Below are positions 50,931 through 62,703 of a DNA stretch of 64,000 bases, one piece after another. This DNA is from Rhina ancylostomus. Lineage: Eukaryota. The notes under the pieces were generated by a model that worked only from the letters and a program-made list of their open reading frames with translations, did no database searches and was not told the DNA's origin. The translations under genes were made by a program, and so were the position numbers. Numbering within the stretch: position 1 is the first letter of the stretch; every line of letters starts with the position of its first letter. Location: the NCBI GenBank assembly GCA_030265395.1, contig JARFYF010000055.1:26886606-26950605 (forward strand). Direction: 5' to 3'.

Positions 50931-52539
50931 TAACTTCACTCAAACTCCTGAAATTTATTAAGAAGCCGACCTTATTTCATTCTACTTTCAGCTAAACTGC
51001 CATCTCCATTCCAGTTTCCAGTCTGTGCAGTTGCTGAGCTCCCCATGTTACTTGCCAGATACTCTGTCCTATTGCTTTACATTTCTCAGAAGCCTGTATT
51101 GAGTTGGTTTGAAATATTTAAGCAGTAAACATCTTGCACCATAAAGTCTCATCAACTTACTCTTTAAATGGGGCTGAGCTACATTCAGCCTTAGGGTTTG
51201 GCAAAGCAAATTTTCTTAATGAGCATCTTATACCTTACATTGCAACATGCTGGAGAAAGCAAGGAAAGTATCATAAAAACAATGTTTTATTTTGATCAGC
51301 TCTGCAATAATAGACTGCAGTGGAAAATTACTGCCCGCAGTTGTGGATAGTGAGCATGAAGGAGTAGATGCCTCTCACAAACATCATGTAGCAGTTGATA
51401 TTGGTTCAGAATTGGCAGTGTTCATGACAACAGAGCAGAGAGGAGAAAATGTGGAATAATTCAGTGTAAAGATGAGAAATTATTTATAATTATTATTACA
51501 AATTCCCAAACTCTACGGTACACTCTTAGTTCTCAAGCTTTGAAACAAGACCCTAATCTATTCCGTTTCTAATCACTCTAATAGTATGGATTGGACCAGT
51601 CAGCATGGCATAAATATTATTTTATGTATTCACTTTTTTGGCATCTGGGCATCATTGGCAAGACTGGCATTTATTGCCTGTCCCCTAACTGATCTTGAGA
51701 AGGTGGTGTGAGTCACCTTCTTGCACAGCTGCAGTCCTTGAGGTTACTGTACTCCGAAAGCATTGTTGGGAAGGGAGTTCCAGGCTTTGACGATGAAGGA
51801 ATGGCAATATATTTCCAAGTCAGGATGGTGTGAGACTTGGAAATGAACCTACAAGTGGTGGTACTCCTGTTGCCCTTGGTCCTTCTTGGTGGTAGATGCC
51901 ACAGGTTTGGGAGGTGCTGTCCGAGTTACTTGGGCCAGTAACTGGAGGGCATTTTGGAGGTGGAACATACAGCTGCCATTTGGCACAAATGGTATAGGAC
52001 TGAATGTTCAGGATAGTTGCTGGGGCACCAAAAAAAAATCAGGCTGTTTTGCCCTGCATGGGGATGAGCATCTTAGGAGTTGTTGGCAAATGGGAAATGT
52101 TCTCCTTATTTGGTTTAAAAGACCCTATACTCAGGAGGAAGAATATATTTTCTTATCCTAGTCTTGTACCTTGATCATCAACAACTGGCTGAAATCATGA
52201 CAGAAGTACTTCTTACTTTTGAAGACCTTTCTCAGTCTTTAAACAATAAAGACTCATCAAGCATTTCTTCCAGAATTTAATGTGTTGTTATTTGGGGGAA
52301 TTACAATGTTTTCATCAGTCATGGTTGCTTTCACAGAAAATATCAATCAAATGCTATGAACTGGCAGAATTACATGTAGACAAGAATTTGTACTTGGCTG
52401 CAAAATATGCAACTTTTCTTCAGCAGACACAGAGATTGAGCGATATCAGAATTATTCATTACCTGTCTGTGTTGCAGTATTATTTACAGGGATAGGGATT
52501 TCATTTAAAGCAGAATCAATTAGAATGGAAGTAAACAAC

Positions 52540-52670
52540 AGAGATACAAGAAATTCTGCAGATGCTGGAATCTGGAGCAATGCACAAAAGGTGCTGGAGG
52601 AACTCAGGTCAGGCAGCAACCATGGAGGGAAATAAACAGTTGACGTTTCGGGCTGAGACTCTTCATAAAC
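52540..52670. mobile_element. Penelope-terminus-like repeat copy
   Basis: ctgcagatgctggaatctggagcaa...tgctggaggaactcaggtcaggcagc...gttgacgtttcgggctgagactcttcat. Confidence 0.65.
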
Positions 52671-52709
52671 AACAGAAGGGAAAGGAAAAGCTCACATCTT
52701 CCCTGATTT

Positions 52710-52960
52710 CAGGGCATCTAAGGTTCTTTACTGCCAATTCTCACGTATGAAATTCAATCATTGGTGTAATAAATGGTGTTAATTTTCCCACCGCCCAGTC
52801 TCTCAAGCAGCAAGATAAAGATGACCAGATTATTTGTTCAAATGATACCAAATGACGAGTACATATTGGACAGGTCAGCAGGGAGGATTCCCCCTCTTTC
52901 TCTCAAAAGAGAGACAAGATCACCTGTGGACAGATTGGGGTCTCTGATTAATGCTAAATG
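52710..52960 (-). mobile_element. Decayed DeuSINE-like (SacSINE1/AmnSINE1-related) element
   Basis: cagcaagataaagatgaccagattatttg...atattggacaggtcagcagggaggattcccctct...cacctgtggacagattggggtctctgattaatg resembles the reverse of the Deu domain as I recall it. Confidence 0.55.
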
Positions 52961-53514
52961 TTTCTGCAGCACAAAAATGTGAGAGATGATAGTAGTGGTT
53001 GGTGCCAGCAATGTCTTGTCTGTAAATTTCAGATAAAAGGCTCTGGTACTCATTATCTATTGTTATTGGATGTTTGCACTTGCAGCTTCTGTTACAATGA
53101 TGACTGGTGTTCAAAAGCTGAACCCTATCTGTTCTGTAATCTCGGTCTTTAGTTACCATGCGTGTTTTTTTGTGTTATGTTTTTTTCAAGTTGTTCTATC
53201 TTCCTAGTATCAGAAGAAATCACAATGCTTGTGCCAAGGGCACTGAGAGGCACTTCCTTTTGTGTGCTTTGGTTTTCAAAATCCAGTGTTCTTTTCTTAA
53301 TAAACTACATATGTTAATAAAAGAGGATCAAAACTAAAAACTCAAGCAGCGCCATATGCTTGTGCTCTCACGATAATGCAAGTTTATAACCGGTTCCCAT
53401 CTCTGTTCCAAAATAAAATGTCACCCTGCCATCTAATTGAGCCATGAAGCCAAATAGAGTCTTGTTTTTAAGACTTAATATCATGGGAAAATGGAGAGCA
53501 TGTGTTATTCTGCT

Positions 53515-53590
53515 GTCTGTGAATACTCAGCTGATTCAGGCATGTATGGGTATAAATGGGAGGTCACCTGAGAATACCAGATACAGTAGG
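53515..53590 (+). pseudogene. 5S rRNA-derived fragment (pseudogene or SINE3 head)
   Basis: atgggaggtcacctgagaataccagatacagtagg versus the 5S 3' end ATGGGAGACCGCCTGGGAATACCGGGTGCTGTAGG, about 27/35 identical; weak box-A-like match upstream. Confidence 0.55.
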
Positions 53591-55261
53591 TTGCTGGCTG
53601 GGGAAACAAATGATCCAATGAGCAGACCAAATTCAATAAGGATCTCAATAATATTGTACTGTATTTACAAAACAATTAAGGAAAGGAATTACTGACACAG
53701 CAGTTATATTGCTTGCTGAGTAACATAACAAATTGCATTGCCTCTTGAAGGGGTTGTAACAATGGACAGATTTGGGGACCAATGTCCTGAATCCCAAAGA
53801 CTCCCAAAAGACACCTGACTCCATATTAGGTTCAAATCTCAATATGGTCCCACTATAACTAAAAATAAAATAATTTTAAAATTAGGTAACAATTTTGGTA
53901 ATGATAAATTAAATCTGAAGGGTCATTGCACTACACCCCCCCAAATGATCATTTCATCTTTACATTTTTAAATTTTAAGCAATAATCTACAGCTAGACAC
54001 ATGAAGTGCTCATGATCAGTGAGACTAGATGATAAGCATGAAGCAGCTCTCTAACATAATAGTTATTCCCCAATTAGCTTTTAAAATATAAATATATGAA
54101 ATATAATTTGTGCCCCTGGCAAACATATTTAGTTTCTGCTTTGGAGAAAGCTTGTGCTCATCATGCTGAAACAAGTTAATAATAGAGGATGTAACACGTT
54201 CCCATTCTGAGCCCCCAGTGTCAGCTTCAAGCATGTCCAGGTCAGTTATAGCATGCTAAGATCCAGGCTGAAGCTTCCTGTCGCTGGCTCAACAATAAGC
54301 CTCAATTTCAATCTCAGAATGTTCTACAGCAACAATGTGGCAATTTCTCCACATTGTGTACAAATATTTTTTGCCCTTTCCTTCCAAGTATTTTAATTAA
54401 ACCCAGAGTAAGGTTGCTCTTAATGACAATACTGGAGAATTAACAGAGAATAGGTACAATTCTTGACCAGCCAGACACTGCTGTTAAATGCTACTACATT
54501 TATCCTCTGATAAAACACCATTTCTTAAAAAAATAATTGTTTATATCAACAGTTATGATTCAGGGTAACTATGTCATTGCCTCATAGATCAGAACATTTA
54601 ATATTTCTAGAATTTTGGCCTAAGAGGTGACTGTGTGAGAAAGTTGACTGTGAGAAACTCCACAATTTGCTTCTCCTTTTTTCCCCCCCACTTTCTTATA
54701 GTATTTTCCCTTTTGCAAATAAATACAAAAAATCTTTTCACATTTGCTGTAGAATCTGCTTCCACCACCCTCCCAGATTATAGCTTCTCCTTCCATGAAA
54801 GAAGGTTTTGTTATCTCCTCTCCCACCCCCTTCCCCATTCTGCCTCTGGTGTTTTTGCCAGTTATCTCTCTGGATAAGTACTTGGCAGTGCCTTTTGTTT
54901 TGCTCACTTAGCCACTTTAACTACCTGATAAATATCCAAAGAATTTACAGGTTGTCAACAGACAGCACAAGTTAATTGCATGCATCTGTTATAAACAACA
55001 TGAGACACTGGCCACGGAGCTCTGCGAATGGATTAGCAAGTGTATCTGCTGAGTAGCTGAGGGTCAAAGGCAAAAGTGATCCCAAGCACGATCGGTGATC
55101 TAACCAATCTCCATCAGGATAATTTTTGCAAATTAAAATTAAATTTGAATCAATATTTTTGGCCTTGGGAGGAAGAATTTGGTCAGTGTTCTTTCAATCC
55201 CTGCAGGAATTGTGCACGTCTATATGTCAGCTAAGAGACTTGGCATGTTCATTTTTAAAAT

Positions 55262-55401
55262 TTTATTTACAGCGTAGTAACAGGCCGTCCAGCCCAACAA
55301 ATCCACACCGCCCATTTTAAACCACAAATTAACCTACCCGTACGTCTTTGGAATGTGGGAGGAAACTGGAGCACCCGGAGGAAACCCACGCAGACATGGG
55401 A
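55262..55401 (-). mobile_element. SINE with family-A body and CR1-type tail
   Basis: Reverse complement: gtctgcgtgggtttcctccgggtgctccagtttcctcccacattccaaagacgtacgggtagg, then ...gttgggctggacggcctgttactacgctgta. Confidence 0.75.
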
Positions 55402-55586
55402 NNNNNNNNNNNNNNNNNNNNNNNNNNNNNNNNNNNNNNNNNNNNNNNNNNNNNNNNNNNNNNNNNNNNNNNNNNNNNNNNNNNNNNNNNNNNNNNNNNN
55501 NAATAAAAATATTCACTGCAAGTGAGTCACATTATAAACACCTTTAGATAAACAAAACAATGTATTAGTATGGAATTTCCACTTAC

Positions 55587-55778
55587 TGGTACATTTGTTC
55601 ATTTTTGGCATCCGAACGCCAAAGTGTCCAGGTGGGCAAGATGGCAAGCAAATGCCAATCTGTCTAATGTCATTCCTTTCCAGAAGGATGAACAATTTAG
55701 GCAAACACTTTAAACATCCATTGCCCTCCGAACATCGCTCACACCCTTTTGGACAAACTGGAGTTACCTCCGTGCTTA
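55587..55778 (-). CDS. RSPO1: R-spondin 1 coding exon, furin-like domain 1 (192 bp)
   Basis: Minus strand: ttttacag|TAAGCACG...AAATGTACCA|gtaagt. Encodes [63 protein letters not shown] with 8 Cys. The [19 protein letters not shown] segment is RSPO1-type. Phase 1 at both ends. Confidence 0.96.
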
Positions 55779-58700
55779 CTGTAAAACAAAAATGCACAAG
55801 AAAAGGTTTAATTATTGGATTGAAGAAACTCATCATGCTGGCTCCCACTGCATTCAGCATTGAGAATGCTGCAATTCATATTTTTTTGTTTTTTTTTAAA
55901 TCAAATTTGAATGTTATACCACAGTTTAGCAGTCAGTCTTGGCATTGCACACTTTACTCCCAGAGGCAATGGAAAACCTTATTCAGTTTGTGCCACACAT
56001 CATGCTGAAGTCACAACTAGATTGGTTGCCTCGCTCATAATTGTGCCAGTGTGTCTTTTCTGTAACCACTCTATATATCCCAAGGGTTCTTTGAGTGAGA
56101 TGATCAGGTTTTGTGGTGCAAATCTACCAACAATTTTAAGACTGACTCATCAAGTACTTTAGACCAAATTCTCTTCAAGAACATAAGTAAATTTTACGTA
56201 ACCAGTGTACCGATATCCTTAATTCATCAACAAAAATAGTTTCTATCCCTAACATCATCAGTAACACAGACTGCTACCATCAGTGCTTTACCTTCAGTTA
56301 ATAATTGTTTCTTTTAGATAAAAAATTTGCTTAGTGGATGGTTCCTTTCAGTGGAGATGTTCAGACATGTCACACTTTCCTCCATTGTGCCTCTTGCACA
56401 GTGATCAAAATGTTGTCAATCACAAGGAGCTAGTTTGGAATTGCCAAAACTGACCTGAAAGGTGCATGAACACCAGGTGACTTGGCATCCCATTCTGACT
56501 TGAACCCAGAAACAAACAACTAAACTCATCCGTAGCATTACCATTTACAATACCTTGATCAATAGCTGAAAAATGGGACTTTGATTACTACTTCATGAAC
56601 AAAAATTGAAAATGCAGCCCATTCTTCCACAATATTCCATTCCCTTCTACAATTTGCATAAAATTTTATTCAAAAATATACATTTTTGAAAAGAATTAAC
56701 CAGTAAAGAAAAATAATTTATCACATTCATATACCACATCACCCAATGTCACCAGGCCACTATAAACTCCTTATATCATGTGATTACTTTTTACATCATT
56801 GGTTAGAAGAACTTGAAACCCAGAACAATGGTCACACTATGGTTAAATGATCAGACTGATGATTGAGAAAAGCATTGTCCGGAGCACCAGAATTCACTGC
56901 CCTTCTGATAGTTATTTAAAATCTTACATGTATTGTTGCTAAAGCAGTGGTTTACTTAGCTAAAGCTCTTTTGAAAGATGGGGGATTAAAACTTAACATT
57001 TTGAGTTTTGCATTACCAAAGGTATGTGTTCAGGCATATGTGATGACTGTTGACTTAACCTCTCCAACGCTTTTTGGACCCTTGAACTCTCAGTTGTCAG
57101 ACTCCTTTCCCAGCATCCACAGTTTCAGACAGTTTTAAATTTGGTTTTTGTACTCTCTTCACCCAATTCCTACTGAACTGTGGACCACACAATTTCCCAT
57201 TGCAGCCTTCATGTTACTTTTCATTATAATTTTCTCCATCTCCCTCTTTCAAGCCTGTTGTTATTCACTTGCTTAAAACGCTCAAGATTAAACCCCATCC
57301 CATGTCAAAACCCAATCTGATCCTGTGTTGCTTCTTCCAAAATCAAAACTCGTGTTTCCCTGTCTATTTTTAAATCTCTTCATTCAACTTCCTCCTCCAC
57401 TACGGTAACAAAACAATCTCACAAGTTATAAGTTCTCTAACTTATGTTCTGTTCTCTCACTTATGTGCACTTTCCTTCCTTGTTCTTTTACCTCTCTTTA
57501 GCAGCATCATATAAGAGAATCAGATTGCTCACATTCAGATGATTCCTAACATTCCTTCTCCAACACTATATGGGATATCTCCACTGCTCCTCTGTTGCTG
57601 GACAGTTTTTATAGCATCAGGTTAGGATGAACCATAACTTAGCTTGTTTGGGGTCAGGAAATCAAAACAGTTAACTTCAATCAACCACATATACACTATA
57701 GCATTGCCATTTGTCTCCTTACCCACTGATTCCCCTTGAATTCAACTGTTTGCAATTCAGTTTAACCAATTGCTGAGCTTCTCTCCATACCAAAAACCTC
57801 TTCTTAGTTAAACCTGAGGTTTCAATGGGAGCATCCATGTGATATCCTTCAGAGTCTAGTTGCGAACCCTGCCATTATTTGCTGAGTAAATGAATGGCAT
57901 TATGTCCGCTGATGCAAGAACTCATTACTTTGACTTTTGATATGAAAAGATGGTTTCCACTTAACAACTCCTTTCTTGTCTCCAACTACTTGCCGCCAAA
58001 TCAAACATCATGCTTTTGTCAGCTTCAAACTTGACTGCTAAAATACATTGGCGACTAGTTACCCTCATCCACAATAAACTTCCACATATGCAAAAATCTG
58101 CTATGCTGCCTGTAACTCAGGCCATACCAAGCCTCACTCATCCATAGATGTCTTCATTTTAATTTTTCCCAGCCCCCATAACCTAAAAATTTTAAACTCT
58201 CATCCTCATGTTCAAATTCATTCATGGTTTGCCACTCCCTATCTCGGAAACAAANNNNNNNNNNNNNNNNNNNNNNNNNNNNNNNNNNNNNNNNNNNNNN
58301 NNNNNNNNNNNNNNNNNNNNNNNNNNNNNNNNNNNNNNNNNNNNNNNNNNNNNNNNNNNNNNNNNNNNNNNNNNNNNNNNNNNNNNNNNNNNNNNNNNNN
58401 NNNNNNNNNNNNNNNNNNNNNNNNNNNNNNNNNNNNNNNNNNNNNNNNNNNNNNNNNNNCTTTGGTTAACTGAAGCGCCTTGTAATTCCTTTCCCCCCCC
58501 CCCCCCCACTTTAAGATGCTTAAATAAATGCTAGTTAATTTTGATTATGCTTTAGCAAGAAAATATTTTGCTCATGTCACCTGCCATTTTTAACAATGCC
58601 ACATGATTATAAATTTAGGTTTTAAATGTACTGAAGTCATGAAAGGTTTTATATAAATGTAAGTTAACAAGATTTTGAAATTGCTTTTCCCTTTTAAATT

Positions 58701-59539
58701 AATTTGAGCCAATTACTTCAATGCATGTCAGATAGTTGCTCTTTACTTTGCATTTTTTGAAATGTATTCTTTTGGTTTGTGAATTCATCAACACATTGAA
58801 CAGTTTAAGGAATAGTTTTAAAAGATTCTATTTTATATCTATGAATGCATGAATTTGTTCATGAAATCATCTTTACAAAAGAGAAAAAATGCTCAAATTA
58901 ATCAGTGATTCTTCAAAATATATGGTAGATTCCAAGAGGCTAGAATTATTTTTATCTTTGAAAAACAACAATATTCTTCTTGTGATCAGATGATCAAAAC
59001 TGCACACAATCCTCCATCTGAACTTAGACTAATGCCTAACATAATAACAAATGTGACGATTACTGATCTGTACTCAATCCCTCAGTCTTTTTGCACAGAT
59101 CTTTTTTATTGCAGTCAAGCATTGGGCTTATGGCTTTTTTGATTTAACAGGACTACAAAATCTCTTGGCTATTACACTAAAAACTGTTCCCTTTAATGCT
59201 CAATTTTGTCTTATCGTTTCTCATTTCCATGTAACAATCACATTTCTATTGTTCATCATTATCACACTTTTAGTTTCGTGTTTAGACGCATAAATTTCCT
59301 TTCTGTTTTTTTTTAAAAACAGGTCTTTTGTATATAAAAATTAGTTTTCCTTCCTTCTTTAATTCATTGTCAGGATGTGGACTTCTCTGAGAATGCCTCC
59401 GTTTATTGTTCATCCCTAATTGTCTATGAGACAGTGGTGGTGAGTTGCTTTAGTGCTTCTGGTGAAGGTACTTCCAGAGTGCTGTTGGAAAAGCAGTTCT
59501 GGGATTCAGACACAGTGACAGTGAAGGACTGGTGATAGA

Positions 59540-59857
59540 CAGGGTCTCCTCGGATTACTGATGACCTGACTTACAGAAATCCAACTTTCCACAAATTCTC
59601 CCATCCATTTTTAAAACATTTTTCAAGATAGTAATAATGTTTCTTGGTGGTTACTAATGCCTGGATACAATATATATTCCATGAGTTTAATTATGGGTAG
59701 TGCTGGGATGAATATTTGATGAAGTGGAAGAATTCTAGCAAATGTGGGGGCAACGATACGATACAGGTTGCTATACAAAACAGATGTTTCTGATTTATGG
59801 AGAAATCAGTTTACAGATAGTTCTCAAGGAACCCTCATGTAACCTGAAGACTGCCCA
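59540..59857. mobile_element. Tc1/mariner (pogo/Tigger-like) MITE nested in a LINE fragment
   Basis: Degenerate TIRs cagggtctcctcggattac and gtaacctgaagactgccca. The flanks rejoin as the LINE sequence gaagga..ggtgata..ttccagtcaggat (compare 51796-51830), consistent with a TA target. Confidence 0.6.
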
Positions 59858-62432
59858 TACTTCCAGTCAGGATCATGTGCAACTTGGAAAGGAACCTGCA
59901 AGTCATGGTGTCCCCATGCATCTGCTATTCTTATTGCTTTTCATGTTGTTGGCCATGGGTTTAGGAGGTGCTCTCAGAGTAATGAGTTATTAACTGCATG
60001 CATTTTGTAGATGGTGCATACTGTAGCCATTGTGTGCTGGTCACAGGGAAAAAGACTACTTATGATAGAGGATGGGCTGTCAATCAATTGGGATANNNNN
60101 NNNNNNNNNNNNNNNNNNNNNNNNNNNNNNNNNNNNNNNGTTCCAACTTGAAAACTTTACAGTCATGAACATAGTCTAATTCCCATTCTTGGTTCATTCT
60201 CTAGTTTTCCCTTGTTGTTTGCATATCTCAATCTTGTCCAAATGTTTCCTTCAAACTCAAATAGAACACAGTATTGCCCTCCAGAAATACCAGCTGCAGG
60301 GTATCAAAGGATTATCTTCCTACCCCAAATTCATTTGACAAATTGAAAGATTAGTTTACAGATTTAGGTCAATTCCTGGCTGGGTGCATGCTTTTAAAGA
60401 AAGATGGGAAAGAAAATGCCAAGATCTGTGTTTTATGTTTGTTGAATGCAGTAGCTTCCACTTAAGGGATTTTTAATGCAATTTAGATCATAATTATCGC
60501 TTAAGTTTCAATTTGCATCCTAACATTAGAAAATAAAACATTGAAATGATTTTGCATCAGCCACATGCCCCAAGTTGATTTGTCTTCTGACATTCTCTAA
60601 CTGCTTAGATGTAATTTTCCTTGTGATAGCTAAGATTAAGTTTTATGTCACTGACATAATTACTAGGAAGATATTACTTTGACAAGAGGGTTAGAGAAAA
60701 GCTGATATTGATCTTTTGGAGGGCTGTATTCACTTGGGCATCTAACCACAGACTGAATATTGTTGCCCTTCAAAAATCTACAGGGGAAAAGAAAAATGTG
60801 TCAAGAATCCATAATAGAGGAAAAATAGGAATGTATTTTCTTTCCTTTGATATGCACTAAAGTATTATGTTGCCTTATCACATTACAATCCAGTCACTAG
60901 CTTTCAACGTAACTACAGAGGAGGGAATATGCATATCAAATAACCAGCATCTATTTCCTCATGCAATTTAGTGATGTTTTGCGGTGAATTCAATGGATGT
61001 CAAAATGAGGAAGTACTTCATACTTTACAACTGATCCATTTCCAACTTCCAATGCCCTGTTAAAAATAAATTGTGAGTTAGAAACAGATATTCCCTTTGC
61101 ATATTCTTAATGATAAGCCTTAACATCACCTTCAAATAGACATCTCTACAAAATTGTGACAATTTGTTCTTATTATAAGAATGAATCTTCCTTAGAAAAG
61201 AAGATGAATTTTAACTTTTTTTTTACATCTGTTGATTAATTTTAAGTATCAGATATTGATCTTTCACCTTTGGACTTAGTTCGGATCCAAGCCGTAACAT
61301 TGGAAGAGATTACATTGGCGCAATTCAGATTGTAGCTGGAGACTGAATTTCCAATCATCTAATCCAAAAAGAATTCTGCTGCCTACAGAGCATGGACAGC
61401 TACAATAATGACTCTGTGTGTAAGCTTTGATAATCTCAGTGGGTAAGATGAACTTCTAGTTAATTTTGCACCATTATTAAATTGCCAGTCAAAATAATCA
61501 AAGAAACCACAGGATGACTGGCTCAGGAATGGTAAAATGTCACCATGACAAATTTCAGTCTGGGGCTGACATGTGATATTGCAGCAAGATAGAAGCAGCT
61601 GCAATTGTCTGCTGTATCTGGTCTGCCAGCTCTTATACTGATATGGGGTTCTTGAAATGTAGTGTCCCACACCCCACCTGATATGAGCATAAAGCATAGA
61701 ATAGTTTTCCAATGATGCAAGTGGTTCTTTTGCATCATTGGAAAATTATTTGCTTTATTAAATGAAAGAATATAAAGAAAAAATAATGGAAAGTAATTTT
61801 ATACTTTACATGCCTCAAGAGATCTTATAACTTGGGGCTATTGTTACTGCTAGTGAGATACATGAGGGAAATGTTGATGATGTAAGTTCTTTACTCAGGA
61901 GGGGGCCAACTTCCAACTCCTTGCAACCTGCCAGCGTAAAGCAATCCTAGAATAACTTCAGCATGGACTGGACAAAGATAGTGTTCCACAGCATCTCAGT
62001 GGCAATTTGTTTTTCCACTGCATTTTATGCAACTATTCCTGAAGTAATAAGTGATAATACAATTACCTCAGTTCCAAGTGGAAATTAAACTGGTAGTTGC
62101 ATCATGGAGCAGTTTAGTGATGATTTTTCACAGTCCCATCTGCTCTTAATCATGAAGTCATCTCCATTAAACAAGCAGAACTTTTACAATGTTGATGCCA
62201 CTGTAAGTGGTGTAAGCCAAAGTTTTTCTGTAAGTGACATTCTTTTTTTTCTTTTCTCATGGATACTATTCCCTCAACTACACTGCACGTTGGTACTGAC
62301 CTAATCTTATAAATGTTACCCACGTGAGATAAAAAGAATACATTAGTACCGCTGATGTCATCCAGCCCTAATGCATGTGGCATAATGTCCACAAACCAAA
62401 TTTACTTCCTCAGGAGCTTAGTAGTCAGGGCA

Positions 62433-62703
62433 GGCACGTGGTGTAGCAGTGAGCATGATGCTATTACAGTATCAGTGACCTGGGTTCAATTCCGGCCACT
62501 GGCAGTAAGGAGTGTGTGGGTTCCCTCTGGGTGCTCCTGTTTCCTCCCATTTTCCAAAGTGGTACGGGTTAGGAAGTTGTGGGCATGCTATGTTGGTGCC
62601 GGAAACGTGGTGACACTTGCGGGCTGCTCCCAGAACACTATGCAAAAGATGCATTTCACTGTGTGTTTTGATGTACATGTGGCTAATAAAGAGATCTCAT
62701 CTC
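62433..62703 (+). mobile_element. tRNA-headed SINE, family A, near full length
   Basis: ggcacgtggtgtagcagtgagc...gggttcaattccggcc...gggtttccctctgggtgctcc...tttcactgtgtgttttgatgtacatgtggctaataaa; aligns with 257-537. Confidence 0.85.

Noticed and set aside
55513-55860. Full 115-aa ORF as a standalone protein
   Set aside because: Only 55587-55778 is exon; the flanking residues are intron read-through.
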